Positions 1 through 9,084 of a stretch of 64,000 bases of DNA are shown here, in pieces. The position numbers and the translations under genes were made by a program. Position 1 is the stretch's first letter. Each line of letters opens with the position of its first letter. The DNA is from Rickettsiales bacterium (GTDB lineage Bacteria; Pseudomonadota; Alphaproteobacteria; Rickettsiales; JABCZZ01), in assembly GCA_035765535.1 (NCBI GenBank), contig DASTXE010000004.1:189137-253136 (forward strand), written 5' to 3'. A model generated the notes under the pieces. The model was not told the origin of the DNA, did no database searches, and saw only the letters and a list, made by a program, of their open reading frames with translations.

Positions 1-62
1 GACAATTTCAACGCAAAAGGATATAAGAACACGCCCATACAGGCCAAGAAGAGGTTTCCCGC

Positions 63-989
63 ATGCAAAATGACATCGCCATTTCCGTCAAGGGCTTGAA
101 CAAAATATACGATAACGGATTCCGCGCGCTCGACAATATCGACCTCGAGATCAAGCGCGGCGAAATTTTTGCCCTGCTCGGCCCCAACGGCGCAGGCAAA
201 ACGACGCTGATCAACGCGATCTGCGGCATCGTGCGCGTAAGCGGCGGCACGGTTGCCGTGGCGGGTTTCGATAATGCAGCACAGTACCGCGCAGCGCGTC
301 AGGCAATCGGCCTCGTACCGCAGGAACTCACGACGGACGCGTTTGAAACCGTCTGGAACACGGTCACCTTCAGCCGCGGCCTGTTCGGCAAACCGAAAAA
401 CCCTGCCTATATCGAAACCACCCTCAAAAGCCTGTCGCTGTGGGATAAGAAGGACGAGCAGATCCGTCGCCTGTCCGGCGGCATGAAACGCCGCGTGATG
501 ATCGCCAAGGCGCTCTCGCATGAACCTGAAATCCTGTTTCTCGACGAACCCACCGCGGGCGTGGACGTAGACCTTCGCAAGTCCATGTGGGCACAGGTGC
601 GCGCACTGCGCGAAACCGGCGTGACCGTGATCCTGACCACGCATTATATCGAGGAAGCGCAGGAAATGGCCGACCGCATCGGCGTCATCAATAAAGGCAA
701 ACTCATCCTGACAGAATCCAAGGCAACGCTTCTGCACAAGATGGGCAAGCGCATGATGAGTTTCACATTGCAGGAGAAGCTCTCTGCCATTCCCGCTGAA
801 CTCGCTTCCTACCCGCTTTCCCTCAGCAAAGATGGCGAAACGCTCACATTGACCTATAATGCACAGGATCATAGCGATATCTCCGACTTTCTTGACCGGC
901 TGCGCCATAGCAACATCCGACCGACCGATATCCAGAGCCGCCAGAGCAGCCTGGAAGAGATCTTCATCCAACTCGTGGAGGCAAAATGA
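63..989 (+). CDS. ABC-2-type transporter, ATP-binding subunit
   Basis: 308-aa ORF with Walker [13 protein letters not shown] signature LSGGMKRR and Walker B ILFLDEPT. Its stop overlaps the next start (ATGA at 986-989). Confidence 0.9.
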   Translation: MQNDIAISVKGLNKIYDNGFRALDNIDLEIKRGEIFALLGPNGAGKTTLINAICGIVRVSGGTVAVAGFDNAAQYRAARQAIGLVPQELTTDAFETVWNTVTFSRGLFGKPKNPAYIETTLKSLSLWDKKDEQIRRLSGGMKRRVMIAKALSHEPEILFLDEPTAGVDVDLRKSMWAQVRALRETGVTVILTTHYIEEAQEMADRIGVINKGKLILTESKATLLHKMGKRMMSFTLQEKLSAIPAELASYPLSLSKDGETLTLTYNAQDHSDISDFLDRLRHSNIRPTDIQSRQSSLEEIFIQLVEAK

Positions 990-1747
990 ATTTGAGCGGC
1001 ATATCTGCAATCTATAAGTTCGAAATGTCGCGCACATTGCGCACCATCGGCCAGAGCATTGCTTCGCCTGTCATTTCGACGGTACTGTATTTCATCGTGT
1101 TCGGCTCAGCCATCGGCTCGCGCATCCAGGCAGTGGACGGGGTGGCATACGGCGCGTTCATCGTACCCGGCCTCATCATGCTGACCGTGCTCGGCCAGAG
1201 CGTTTCCAACGCATCCTTCGGCATTTACTTCCCGCGCTTCACCGGCACGATTTATGAGATTCTCTCCGCCCCGCTTTCCGTCTTCGAGATCGTGATTGGA
1301 TATGTCGGCGCAGCCGCAAGCAAATCCGTCCTCATCGGCTCCATTGTGCTCGCCACGGCAGGGTTATTTGTGCCGCTGCACATCATGCACCCGTTCTGGG
1401 TTATCTTCTTCCTCGTCATGACGAGTGTCACTTTCAGCCTGCTCGGCTTCATCATCGGCATCTGGGCAGACGGATTCGAGAAACTGCAGCTTATCCCGCT
1501 GCTGGTCATCACACCGCTGACCTTCCTTGGCGGCAGTTTCTATTCCATTAACATGCTACCGCCCTTCTGGCACAGCATCTCGCTACTCAACCCCGTGGTC
1601 TACCTGATCAGCGGCTTCCGCTGGAGTTTCTACGAGCACAGCGATGTCAGTGTGACCGTCAGCATCGCCATGATTGCAACGTTTACTATTGCAGCATTGA
1701 GCGTAATCGCCTGGATCTTCAAGACAGGATATCGCCTAAGAAAATAG
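986..1747 (+). CDS. ABC-2 family transporter permease
   Basis: 253-aa strongly hydrophobic multi-helix ORF, translationally coupled to the upstream ATPase. Length and layout are typical of ABC-2 (YadH-like) permeases. Confidence 0.85.
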   Translation: MNLSGISAIYKFEMSRTLRTIGQSIASPVISTVLYFIVFGSAIGSRIQAVDGVAYGAFIVPGLIMLTVLGQSVSNASFGIYFPRFTGTIYEILSAPLSVFEIVIGYVGAAASKSVLIGSIVLATAGLFVPLHIMHPFWVIFFLVMTSVTFSLLGFIIGIWADGFEKLQLIPLLVITPLTFLGGSFYSINMLPPFWHSISLLNPVVYLISGFRWSFYEHSDVSVTVSIAMIATFTIAALSVIAWIFKTGYRLRK

Positions 1748-1789
1748 ATATTACAACAGGATAGAGCCGATAAATATTCTTAGCATAGA

Positions 1790-1809
1790 ATTAACCTTTA
1801 AAGGTTAAT
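1790..1809. promoter_or_regulatory. 20-bp perfect palindrome ATTAACCTTTAAAGGTTAAT (candidate operator or hairpin)
   Basis: Checked base by base: the reverse complement is identical. It lies 43 nt after the permease stop and 41 nt before the ATG of the 992-aa ORF, with no T-tract after it. Confidence 0.5.
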
Positions 1810-1850
1810 ATGGAGTGTCATTATTTTGCACTCCACGGGGAATATCCTGA

Positions 1851-4829
1851 ATGGATATTAATAAATTCGGAGAAAATGTTAACCAGGCCGCACAACGCCT
1901 GGCCGAAACGCTTGTTCCCGAATTATCCTATCCGTATGAGGAATATTTCAATTCAGACCATTTTGCGCAGACTATTAGTTCTTCTCCCCCTTATGCGCTT
2001 CGCATCATAGCACAATCCACAAACGCGCTTGCAGATTTTGAGCCGGAACCGGGGAAGGAACGACGCCAAACCCGTAAAGATATCCAGACGGCACTGAATT
2101 ACGCACACTCTTATTACAGGAATTATGCCAGCATAGGACAGGCAGCAAGAATGCTGCTTTATGTTGACGGAACGCTGCAGAATGCGGTTATCCCTGAACT
2201 TCCTTCCTCGATGCATGATTTTCTGCTGGAAGTGGCGAATGGAGGAGGCAATCCACAACGAGGAGAAAATATTTCCGCTTTGATGGAACGCTATCACGAA
2301 GCCGCTGCGGCCGCGCAATTGATCGCAAGCCGGAATCTTGAAGAATTGAGTAAGATTGCAGGCATACATCATGAAACCACTAGCTCAAGCAGCATCACCG
2401 AAGCTTATCTGGCAGACCCGTCACAGTACCTGCTCGCCGAATATGTAGATACACGCAATATTGCCGGTTTCAGATTGGCAAGGCAGCGGCTGGCAGACAA
2501 CGGCACGCTCGCTGCCGATGAAGAGCTGAATGCCGCCTTCAATACACTGAATCGGTTTATCGACGATATAATAACCCCTAACGTCAGCCTCTATCGCAAT
2601 CAGACATTTGATGAAAGAATTAGCGACGAACAACGCAATATTGAAGAAGTTGAAGCTGCTGAAGCCCTGGAAACACTGAACATCGCAGGCTGCCAGGGAC
2701 TGCGCGCGGCGGTCGTGAAATCCATAAAAGAAAGTAGCATGGCAGGCAATGTTACCCACCGCCAATTAGTGGACTATCTCATTGCATTAAGCGACTACCA
2801 GACAGAAGATCCGCAGACACAAAACCAGCTTAAAACCGTCAACACATGGATTGTCCGAAGTTTTATTCATGGCGACAAGTATTCGATAGGTTTCGGTGTT
2901 GTAGATATAGAAGACAGGCTTCAGGAGGGGTCGCTTAGCCCGAACGCCGAGGAATCATTAAAACAACTTATTCACGATCTCGGTGCACATAGCATTTACA
3001 TTAATAGCCAGCACGAGACCGGGCGCAGCATCCCTGAACCAAGGCGCACCGTAATTTACTGCCGTGCATGCAAAGCTTTAGAATCATTGCAGACTGTGGT
3101 TGGCCTGCAGGGGCTGGACAGGATGATGGGAGAAATGGAGAGAGCACAGAATGAAGCTCCCCCAGCAATGCATAATGATTTTGAACGCTGGTATCTGGAG
3201 CCTCCACAGGGACGGGAAGCACTCTGGCGCGCAGGCCATTATAAAGCTGTATTGCAGCATATCGTCGATACGACGGACCCGCAAGCCGAAGCCGCACGCC
3301 GCGTCATCGATTATATCAACACCTATTTCGGCCAGAGCGCTTCTCCTGCTGAGAATACCGTTGCCTACCTGGATTATTATTTTGAAGCTGCAGATCTGAA
3401 GACCCAGCTTCAGGGGACAGCCCGCGCGCTCATGCCCCTGTGGCATGAGGTCATAGCCCGTGGCGTGCAGGAGGAATTCATGCTGGCGCAGGAAGATCCT
3501 AATGCCGCCGCCCAGCTGATGAAGCAGGGGGATGGAGAAATATGGGATTACCTCTATACCCTCTATGAAATCAGAAATATTCGTGAACCTGGCATTCTTG
3601 CTCAAATCAGCGCTGCCCTGGTGATGGACGAAGAACCCACCCCGCCTCACACTATTGCCAATATTATTGCCCGGGAAAACAACCCTGATATAAATTGCAT
3701 TCCTGATATTATTGCCCGGATCGAAGAAGATCCTAAAACTGTATTGTGGGATACGGCGAAATGGCTGCATGATGCAAATCGCCAATTGCCCTATGCAAGA
3801 AACCTTACCAAACCTCGCCTGAAAAGCATCAAAGAATATACAGGAAGAATGTTCGCCTTATACCAGGGCGGCAATGTCTTTGGCCTGGAAAAGGAAATGG
3901 AAGAGGCACTCGGAGCCATGCGGGAATTCGATATGAACAACCGTCTGCTTGAGACACTCTGCGCGGATTTTCCCAGAACAAAAGTGATGGGAGCAGGAGA
4001 TTCCAATTCCTCCGACCCTATCTGCCCTAACTATGCCTGGCTCGTGCTGCGGCTTGAACAGGAAATAGAGGATGGCGGACCGAAAGCAGAAGCGGCGCAA
4101 AAAGCGCTGCCGTTCCTCCAGAAAGCAATCGTGCACGGGGATATCGATCCGGTGGTGGACGAAGAGAAGGAAACACTCCACCACCTGATGCAAACAGCCG
4201 CCAGTATAGGCGATACAGGCAATCCGGAAATTTCCGACAGAGCGAAATTATTGCAGCATCTCAGTTCCGGATACGATGCCGCTTATCTCATGGCTATTGT
4301 TAACGATCACCTTGCTGAAGCGAAAGACGGCACAACCTCACTGGATGCAGGACAGGTTGATAGATTGAGAGTATTCAAACAAGAACTGGCCGCTATGGTA
4401 AGCGACCATGATTATCAGCAGGAATTCGATAAAAATAAATTACTAGCCGATGCGCGTGTCGCTTTTCAGCATATCCGGGCCGCCGAGGAAAATATACCCG
4501 AACTGCGCAATATCCAGACCAGGGATGGGGAATCCGCGCCGCTGAAAAACTTTTTCGATATGACGCATGGGAGCTTTGACACAACAGTGCCACATATTCA
4601 GGAGCAGTTTTTTATTGCGATAGAAGACGCACTCGCAAGCGGACGTGAAATGCCGCCTGGTATGCAACGCTCGCTGGAAGCCATGCGAGACTATATGCAA
4701 GCTGAGTTCGACAAAAATGATGCTTTCTTTGAAGAGCATAACTACGAAACTTCACATGCCGCCACCATCGAAGCGATTCGCGCCCAGCAAAGGGGGCCGG
4801 ATGATGGCAGGCCCTCAGCAGGAAGATAA
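1851..4829 (+). CDS. large hypothetical protein (992 aa), no recognisable domain
   Basis: Uninterrupted 2.98-kb ORF. The protein is acidic and helix-rich, with no signal peptide or TM segment and no motif I recognise. It looks AT-richer than neighbouring housekeeping genes. Confidence 0.6.
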   Translation: MDINKFGENVNQAAQRLAETLVPELSYPYEEYFNSDHFAQTISSSPPYALRIIAQSTNALADFEPEPGKERRQTRKDIQTALNYAHSYYRNYASIGQAARMLLYVDGTLQNAVIPELPSSMHDFLLEVANGGGNPQRGENISALMERYHEAAAAAQLIASRNLEELSKIAGIHHETTSSSSITEAYLADPSQYLLAEYVDTRNIAGFRLARQRLADNGTLAADEELNAAFNTLNRFIDDIITPNVSLYRNQTFDERISDEQRNIEEVEAAEALETLNIAGCQGLRAAVVKSIKESSMAGNVTHRQLVDYLIALSDYQTEDPQTQNQLKTVNTWIVRSFIHGDKYSIGFGVVDIEDRLQEGSLSPNAEESLKQLIHDLGAHSIYINSQHETGRSIPEPRRTVIYCRACKALESLQTVVGLQGLDRMMGEMERAQNEAPPAMHNDFERWYLEPPQGREALWRAGHYKAVLQHIVDTTDPQAEAARRVIDYINTYFGQSASPAENTVAYLDYYFEAADLKTQLQGTARALMPLWHEVIARGVQEEFMLAQEDPNAAAQLMKQGDGEIWDYLYTLYEIRNIREPGILAQISAALVMDEEPTPPHTIANIIARENNPDINCIPDIIARIEEDPKTVLWDTAKWLHDANRQLPYARNLTKPRLKSIKEYTGRMFALYQGGNVFGLEKEMEEALGAMREFDMNNRLLETLCADFPRTKVMGAGDSNSSDPICPNYAWLVLRLEQEIEDGGPKAEAAQKALPFLQKAIVHGDIDPVVDEEKETLHHLMQTAASIGDTGNPEISDRAKLLQHLSSGYDAAYLMAIVNDHLAEAKDGTTSLDAGQVDRLRVFKQELAAMVSDHDYQQEFDKNKLLADARVAFQHIRAAEENIPELRNIQTRDGESAPLKNFFDMTHGSFDTTVPHIQEQFFIAIEDALASGREMPPGMQRSLEAMRDYMQAEFDKNDAFFEEHNYETSHAATIEAIRAQQRGPDDGRPSAGR

Positions 4830-4834
4830 ATCTC

Positions 4835-5815
4835 CTACAGCCAACCCTTCTTGCGGAAAAACAAATAAGGCAGGAACGCGGAAAGAATCATGAAAACGAC
4901 CGCCATTGGGTAGCCGAATTCCCAGTGCAGTTCCGGCATGGCGGAAAAGTTCATGCCGTAAATGCTCGCCACTAACGTAGGCGGCAGGAACACGACGGAC
5001 ACGACGGAGAAAATCTTGATAATCGTGTTCTGCTGAATGTTAACCATGCCGAGTGTGGCATCGAGCAGGAAGCTCACCTTGTTGGAAAGAAACCCTGCAT
5101 GGTCGCTAAGCGCCGGCACATCATGACGCAGCGTTTCCATCTTTGCATGTTCCAGCGAACCCACATCGTAATACGTGGAAGAAGCAATGAAGCTTGCCAG
5201 GCGGGATACGCTGATGAGGCTCTCACGCACTTTGGAAATCAGATCGCCGTTCATGCCGATCATGCGCAGGAGTTCGGCGAAATCCGGTTCACTGCCGGAG
5301 GTAGACATTTTCTGCGGATCAGGGCGGAAGACGCTGCTGCCTATAGCGTCAATCTGATGGCCTATGGACTCCAGCACATCCGCGATACGGTTGACGATTG
5401 CTTCCATCAATCCTGCAAATACCATGCTTCCACGGCACTGCGGATAGCCGCCCTTCTGTATCCTTTCCCCGAACGCCTTGAAGAAAGAGGGAGTGCTATA
5501 ACGCACCGTCACCAGACACTGGTCAACCAGCACGAAGGTGACAGCGTGAATCTCCGGCATATTCGTATCGGCCCCGCTGATAATGCTTGCCGTGGCATAA
5601 AGCGCGCCGTTCTCATGATAGAAGCGGTTGGAAAGCTCGATCTCGTGCATTTCCGCGCGCGTGGGAATATCGATTTTCAGCAGCCCCTCCACCCACAATT
5701 CCTCCTCTTCCGAAGGATTGAGCAGATCGATCCACACCAGCGCCACCTCTTCCTTCAGCGCATCGCGGGGAATAATGCACAGCCTGTCTTGTTCAGCGCG
5801 GTAAAGTGTCAGCAT
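4835..5815 (-). CDS. corA: CorA-family magnesium/cobalt transporter
   Basis: 326 aa with two C-terminal TM helices and the diagnostic YGMNF motif (IYGMNFSAMPEL). Confidence 0.9.
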   Translation of the reverse strand: MLTLYRAEQDRLCIIPRDALKEEVALVWIDLLNPSEEEELWVEGLLKIDIPTRAEMHEIELSNRFYHENGALYATASIISGADTNMPEIHAVTFVLVDQCLVTVRYSTPSFFKAFGERIQKGGYPQCRGSMVFAGLMEAIVNRIADVLESIGHQIDAIGSSVFRPDPQKMSTSGSEPDFAELLRMIGMNGDLISKVRESLISVSRLASFIASSTYYDVGSLEHAKMETLRHDVPALSDHAGFLSNKVSFLLDATLGMVNIQQNTIIKIFSVVSVVFLPPTLVASIYGMNFSAMPELHWEFGYPMAVVFMILSAFLPYLFFRKKGWL

Positions 5816-6017
5816 AAGTCAAGAAGCCATCATGAAAAGAACGCTATTGCCATTCCTAACAGATCACCCGGCAATTGGCCAGTTAAAGGAAGGGAAAGAA
5901 ACAAATGCCAATATGACAGATATTCCAACGCGACTACTGACATACTTCAGAAACAGGGCTTTGCAATAACAAAGAAATATTGTAAAAGCCTTCTAATAGC
6001 ACCTATTAGTTGATGCG

Positions 6018-7994
6018 ATGCCTTTATTTAAACATTTTGCACCAAGACTTGTTTCCATAGCAGTAATGCTAATCGGCGCTTATTCCCCAAAAGCAACCGC
6101 AGATAATATCTCATTAACCAGTATCGGCACACTAGGCGGTACAAATTCTTTAGCGTATGGCATTTCTGGTGATGGCAATACAATAGTGGGCTACAGCTAT
6201 ACAGCTGGCGCACATGAGCATGCTTTTTACTGGACCCAGCCAACTGGCATAATTGATTTGGGCACTTTAGGTGGATTAAATTCAGTTGCAGAAGCCGTTT
6301 CAGGTGATGGGAGTGTTATCATTGGGAGGGCAGAAACGGCAGGTATTTCTACGTTTGCCTTTCGCTGGACGCAGGCGACAGGCATGGTGAGCTTGGGCAC
6401 ACTCGGTGGAGACCATTCCTATGCACATGGGGTCTCAGAGGATGGCAGTGTTGTAGTTGGGGAAGCAGACCTTCCAAGTAATTCAGGAAGAGATGCTTTC
6501 CGCTGGACGCAAGGTACAGGCATGGTAGATCTTGGAACCTTAGGCGGAGCTACATCTGTTGCTTCCGGAGTCTCAGCTAATGGAAACATCATAGCAGGCA
6601 CCAGCCTAATATCAGGTAATGGCGCATCTAATGCATTCCGATGGACACAGAGCACAGGTATGGTCAGCCTGGGAACACTTGGCGGGGCAGGTTCCTTTGC
6701 ATCCGGCATATCCGCAGATGGCAGTACAATAGTCGGCACTAGTTATGTTTCTGGCAACTCTGTTGGACATGCTTTTCGCTGGACCCAAAGCACGGGAATG
6801 GAAGATATAGGATCCCTTAACATGCAAAGTTCTTCAGCTAACGCAGTGTCGGCTAACGGAACGGTTATCGTTGGACATTCTTATGTCGATAATGGTGCAA
6901 CTCCTCCACATGCTGTTCGCTGGACACAGAGCACAGGTATGCAGGATATCAATACATTGCTTTCAAATGCCGGCATTACTCCCCCGACACTTCTGGAAAA
7001 TGCGGTTGGAATCTCTGCAAACGGCAATTACATCGCAGTATCTGATGTTAATAATAATGCATATCTCATGGTTTATGCGTTGGGATCTACAGGGATAACC
7101 ACCGCTGAAGCCCAACAACAAGCGACACAGCAGCTGTCAAAGACGATGGAGTCCGGGCAAATCGGCGGGCATAGTATCGCTAATAATTTGCTGGGCATGA
7201 CACAGCCGATTAATAATACGCAATACGTTTACAATGGCGCCATGTTTGGCAGCGCGCTCGGCTATGCAGGCGGACAATGCAGCCATAATGACATAACTAT
7301 TCTAGGGGGGATCGCTTATGGCTCTCAGGAATATCAGAACGTTTCACAAAATGCTGCAACAACGCTAGCGCTCGGAATTCGCAAAGCATTCGAGCTGCCA
7401 GAAAAACCTGCCGTGAAACCCTATGCAGAACTTGGAAGTTGGGTAACGCCAGATGCAGGAATATCCATAAATCGTGATTATATGAATGGCACTGACACCG
7501 CTACAGGCAATGGTGATACCACCGCCACACAATGGGCAGGGTATGGCAAACTCGGCATAGCATGGAATATAAACAACGCTGATCAGTTAAATAGCTGGGG
7601 CAAACTTAGCCGAGAATATGTGCGTTTTGATGGCTACGATGAATCCGCAGTAAGCAGCAATCCTTTCCCCGCTTCCGTAGCGGGCGGCACCAGCCGTATG
7701 GATGTCGCAGAAATCGGCTTGTCATGGACTCACCAGATGGACAAACGTTTCTCTGTAACGACCGCGGCAGCATTCGCGCATTCTTTTGACGTACAGCCGG
7801 ATCTTAATGTGACAGTAGCCCCCTTTGGAAGCACGCGCGCTTCCGGACAAGATTATACATGGGGGGAGTTTGTGCTGCAGCTTGAAACGAAATTAACCGA
7901 TGATGTCTCGTTGAATCTGGCTGCAATCGGTACAGGCGGCGGTGGTATCGAAACTGCCGTACACGGACTTGCAGGCTTTAGCTATCATTTCTAA
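6018..7994 (+). CDS. HAF-repeat autotransporter-like outer-membrane protein
   Basis: 658 aa with an N-terminal signal peptide. Six to seven ~45-aa repeats carry the core AF-[RY]-W-T-Q-x-T-G-M-x-[DS]-L-G-T-L-G-G (HAF-type extracellular repeat). The C-terminal ~270 aa look like a beta-barrel and end in ...GFSYHF. Confidence 0.8.
   Translation: MPLFKHFAPRLVSIAVMLIGAYSPKATADNISLTSIGTLGGTNSLAYGISGDGNTIVGYSYTAGAHEHAFYWTQPTGIIDLGTLGGLNSVAEAVSGDGSVIIGRAETAGISTFAFRWTQATGMVSLGTLGGDHSYAHGVSEDGSVVVGEADLPSNSGRDAFRWTQGTGMVDLGTLGGATSVASGVSANGNIIAGTSLISGNGASNAFRWTQSTGMVSLGTLGGAGSFASGISADGSTIVGTSYVSGNSVGHAFRWTQSTGMEDIGSLNMQSSSANAVSANGTVIVGHSYVDNGATPPHAVRWTQSTGMQDINTLLSNAGITPPTLLENAVGISANGNYIAVSDVNNNAYLMVYALGSTGITTAEAQQQATQQLSKTMESGQIGGHSIANNLLGMTQPINNTQYVYNGAMFGSALGYAGGQCSHNDITILGGIAYGSQEYQNVSQNAATTLALGIRKAFELPEKPAVKPYAELGSWVTPDAGISINRDYMNGTDTATGNGDTTATQWAGYGKLGIAWNINNADQLNSWGKLSREYVRFDGYDESAVSSNPFPASVAGGTSRMDVAEIGLSWTHQMDKRFSVTTAAAFAHSFDVQPDLNVTVAPFGSTRASGQDYTWGEFVLQLETKLTDDVSLNLAAIGTGGGGIETAVHGLAGFSYHF
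6114..6950 (+). repeat. in-frame tandem HAF-type coding repeats (6-7 units of ~132-138 nt)
   Basis: Repeated peptides: EHAFYWTQPTGIIDLGTLGG, TFAFRWTQATGMVSLGTLGG, RDAFRWTQGTGMVDLGTLGG, SNAFRWTQSTGMVSLGTLGG, GHAFRWTQSTGMEDIGSL and PHAVRWTQSTGMQDINTL. Confidence 0.85.
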
Positions 7995-8018
7995 GGATGT
8001 CATAGCCCAAAAATGCGA

Positions 8019-8915
8019 TCAATGAGTCCCTGATTTACGCAAATGTCCTGAGCCTTCCTGCTCCATGAGATTATCAAAATAGCTGGAAAGCGTGGTGGTG
8101 CCCCGCTGGGGATCACGCGGAACGTCATACTGCTTCTCAAGCGTAATCTCGGTCATCTTTGCATATGACCGCGCAGCCTCAGCGGAAAACCCCAGCGTTT
8201 TATAAGCTTCTTGCCATTTGGCGCGCGGAATTACGTCAACCTCTACTTTCACCCCGAAATGCCGGGACGCTTCATCCGCAACATCCTGAACCGTGTAGGG
8301 TTGAGGGCCTGATAAATCATAAATGCGAAAATCATCGAATGAACTGCTTAATTGATCCGCATTAAATTTCCCAAGATCCACAGGCGCAACCATCTCAAGC
8401 TGAAAATCCTTAGGATAGAAAGACGGTATCTTGCGAGTCTTCTGCGCATTCAGGAACAGCGCATCCCAGTTGGACATATAATAGGCCGCACGGGTTATCC
8501 GGCATGGCCCACCCCGTTGACGTAGTCGCTCTTCCATTTCGTAAAGAACACCGAGATCGCCGATTCCAACGCCTTTCTGCGCGCCTTGCGCTGACTCAGC
8601 GACAACCTGCCTGACACCCGAACTTTTAAGCGCGGATGTGAGTGAATGAACCGTATCCAGTTCAAGTGCAACGGAGTCTTGGGCGACGTCACCCGGCGGA
8701 TTCAACATAAAAACGGATTCGCCCAGACGGAATATTTCTGTCAAACGGGCCGTATGGGAAATATCGCATACCGCAACATCCGCTCCTAACGACTCCAGCA
8801 GGGATTTATGCTGAACGGAATGCGTAAGCGCAGTCACCTGCTCTCCTTTGGCAAGCAGCGCCTTTACAACGTTTAATCCTACATGCCCCGTTGCGCCTGT
8901 GATAATATGTCGCAT
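8019..8915 (-). CDS. NmrA-like / atypical SDR NAD(P)-binding protein
   Basis: 298 aa with the N-terminal Rossmann motif ITGATGHVG. Size and layout fit the NmrA family. Confidence 0.7.
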   Translation of the reverse strand: MRHIITGATGHVGLNVVKALLAKGEQVTALTHSVQHKSLLESLGADVAVCDISHTARLTEIFRLGESVFMLNPPGDVAQDSVALELDTVHSLTSALKSSGVRQVVAESAQGAQKGVGIGDLGVLYEMEERLRQRGGPCRITRAAYYMSNWDALFLNAQKTRKIPSFYPKDFQLEMVAPVDLGKFNADQLSSSFDDFRIYDLSGPQPYTVQDVADEASRHFGVKVEVDVIPRAKWQEAYKTLGFSAEAARSYAKMTEITLEKQYDVPRDPQRGTTTLSSYFDNLMEQEGSGHLRKSGTH

Positions 8916-8979
8916 ATCAAGTCCTCCCGTGAATTCAGAATAACAGGAAAAGCCTAGATACTTTCAGATCAGGAAAATA

Positions 8980-9043
8980 GGGGGAAAATGGGAAAGCTTC
9001 TAAAGAGAGCGTAGAATTGCCGCACATTCCGTCCCGAAATCGG
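8980..9043. repeat. direct repeat DR-C, copy 1
   Basis: gggggaaaatgggaaagcttctaaagagagcgtagaattgccgcacattccgtcccgaaatcgg. By hand alignment it matches copy 2 at 56 of 64 columns. Confidence 0.85.
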
Positions 9044-9084
9044 CAGTTGCCATCAGAGAGCATGCCATAATTAGGCATGCAGGA

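Noticed and set aside
6114-6950. Tandem DNA repeats considered as a CRISPR array or VNTR (also 9208-10161)
   Set aside because: They are in-frame protein repeats of 130-250 nt without a repeat/spacer alternation, and no cas genes are present.
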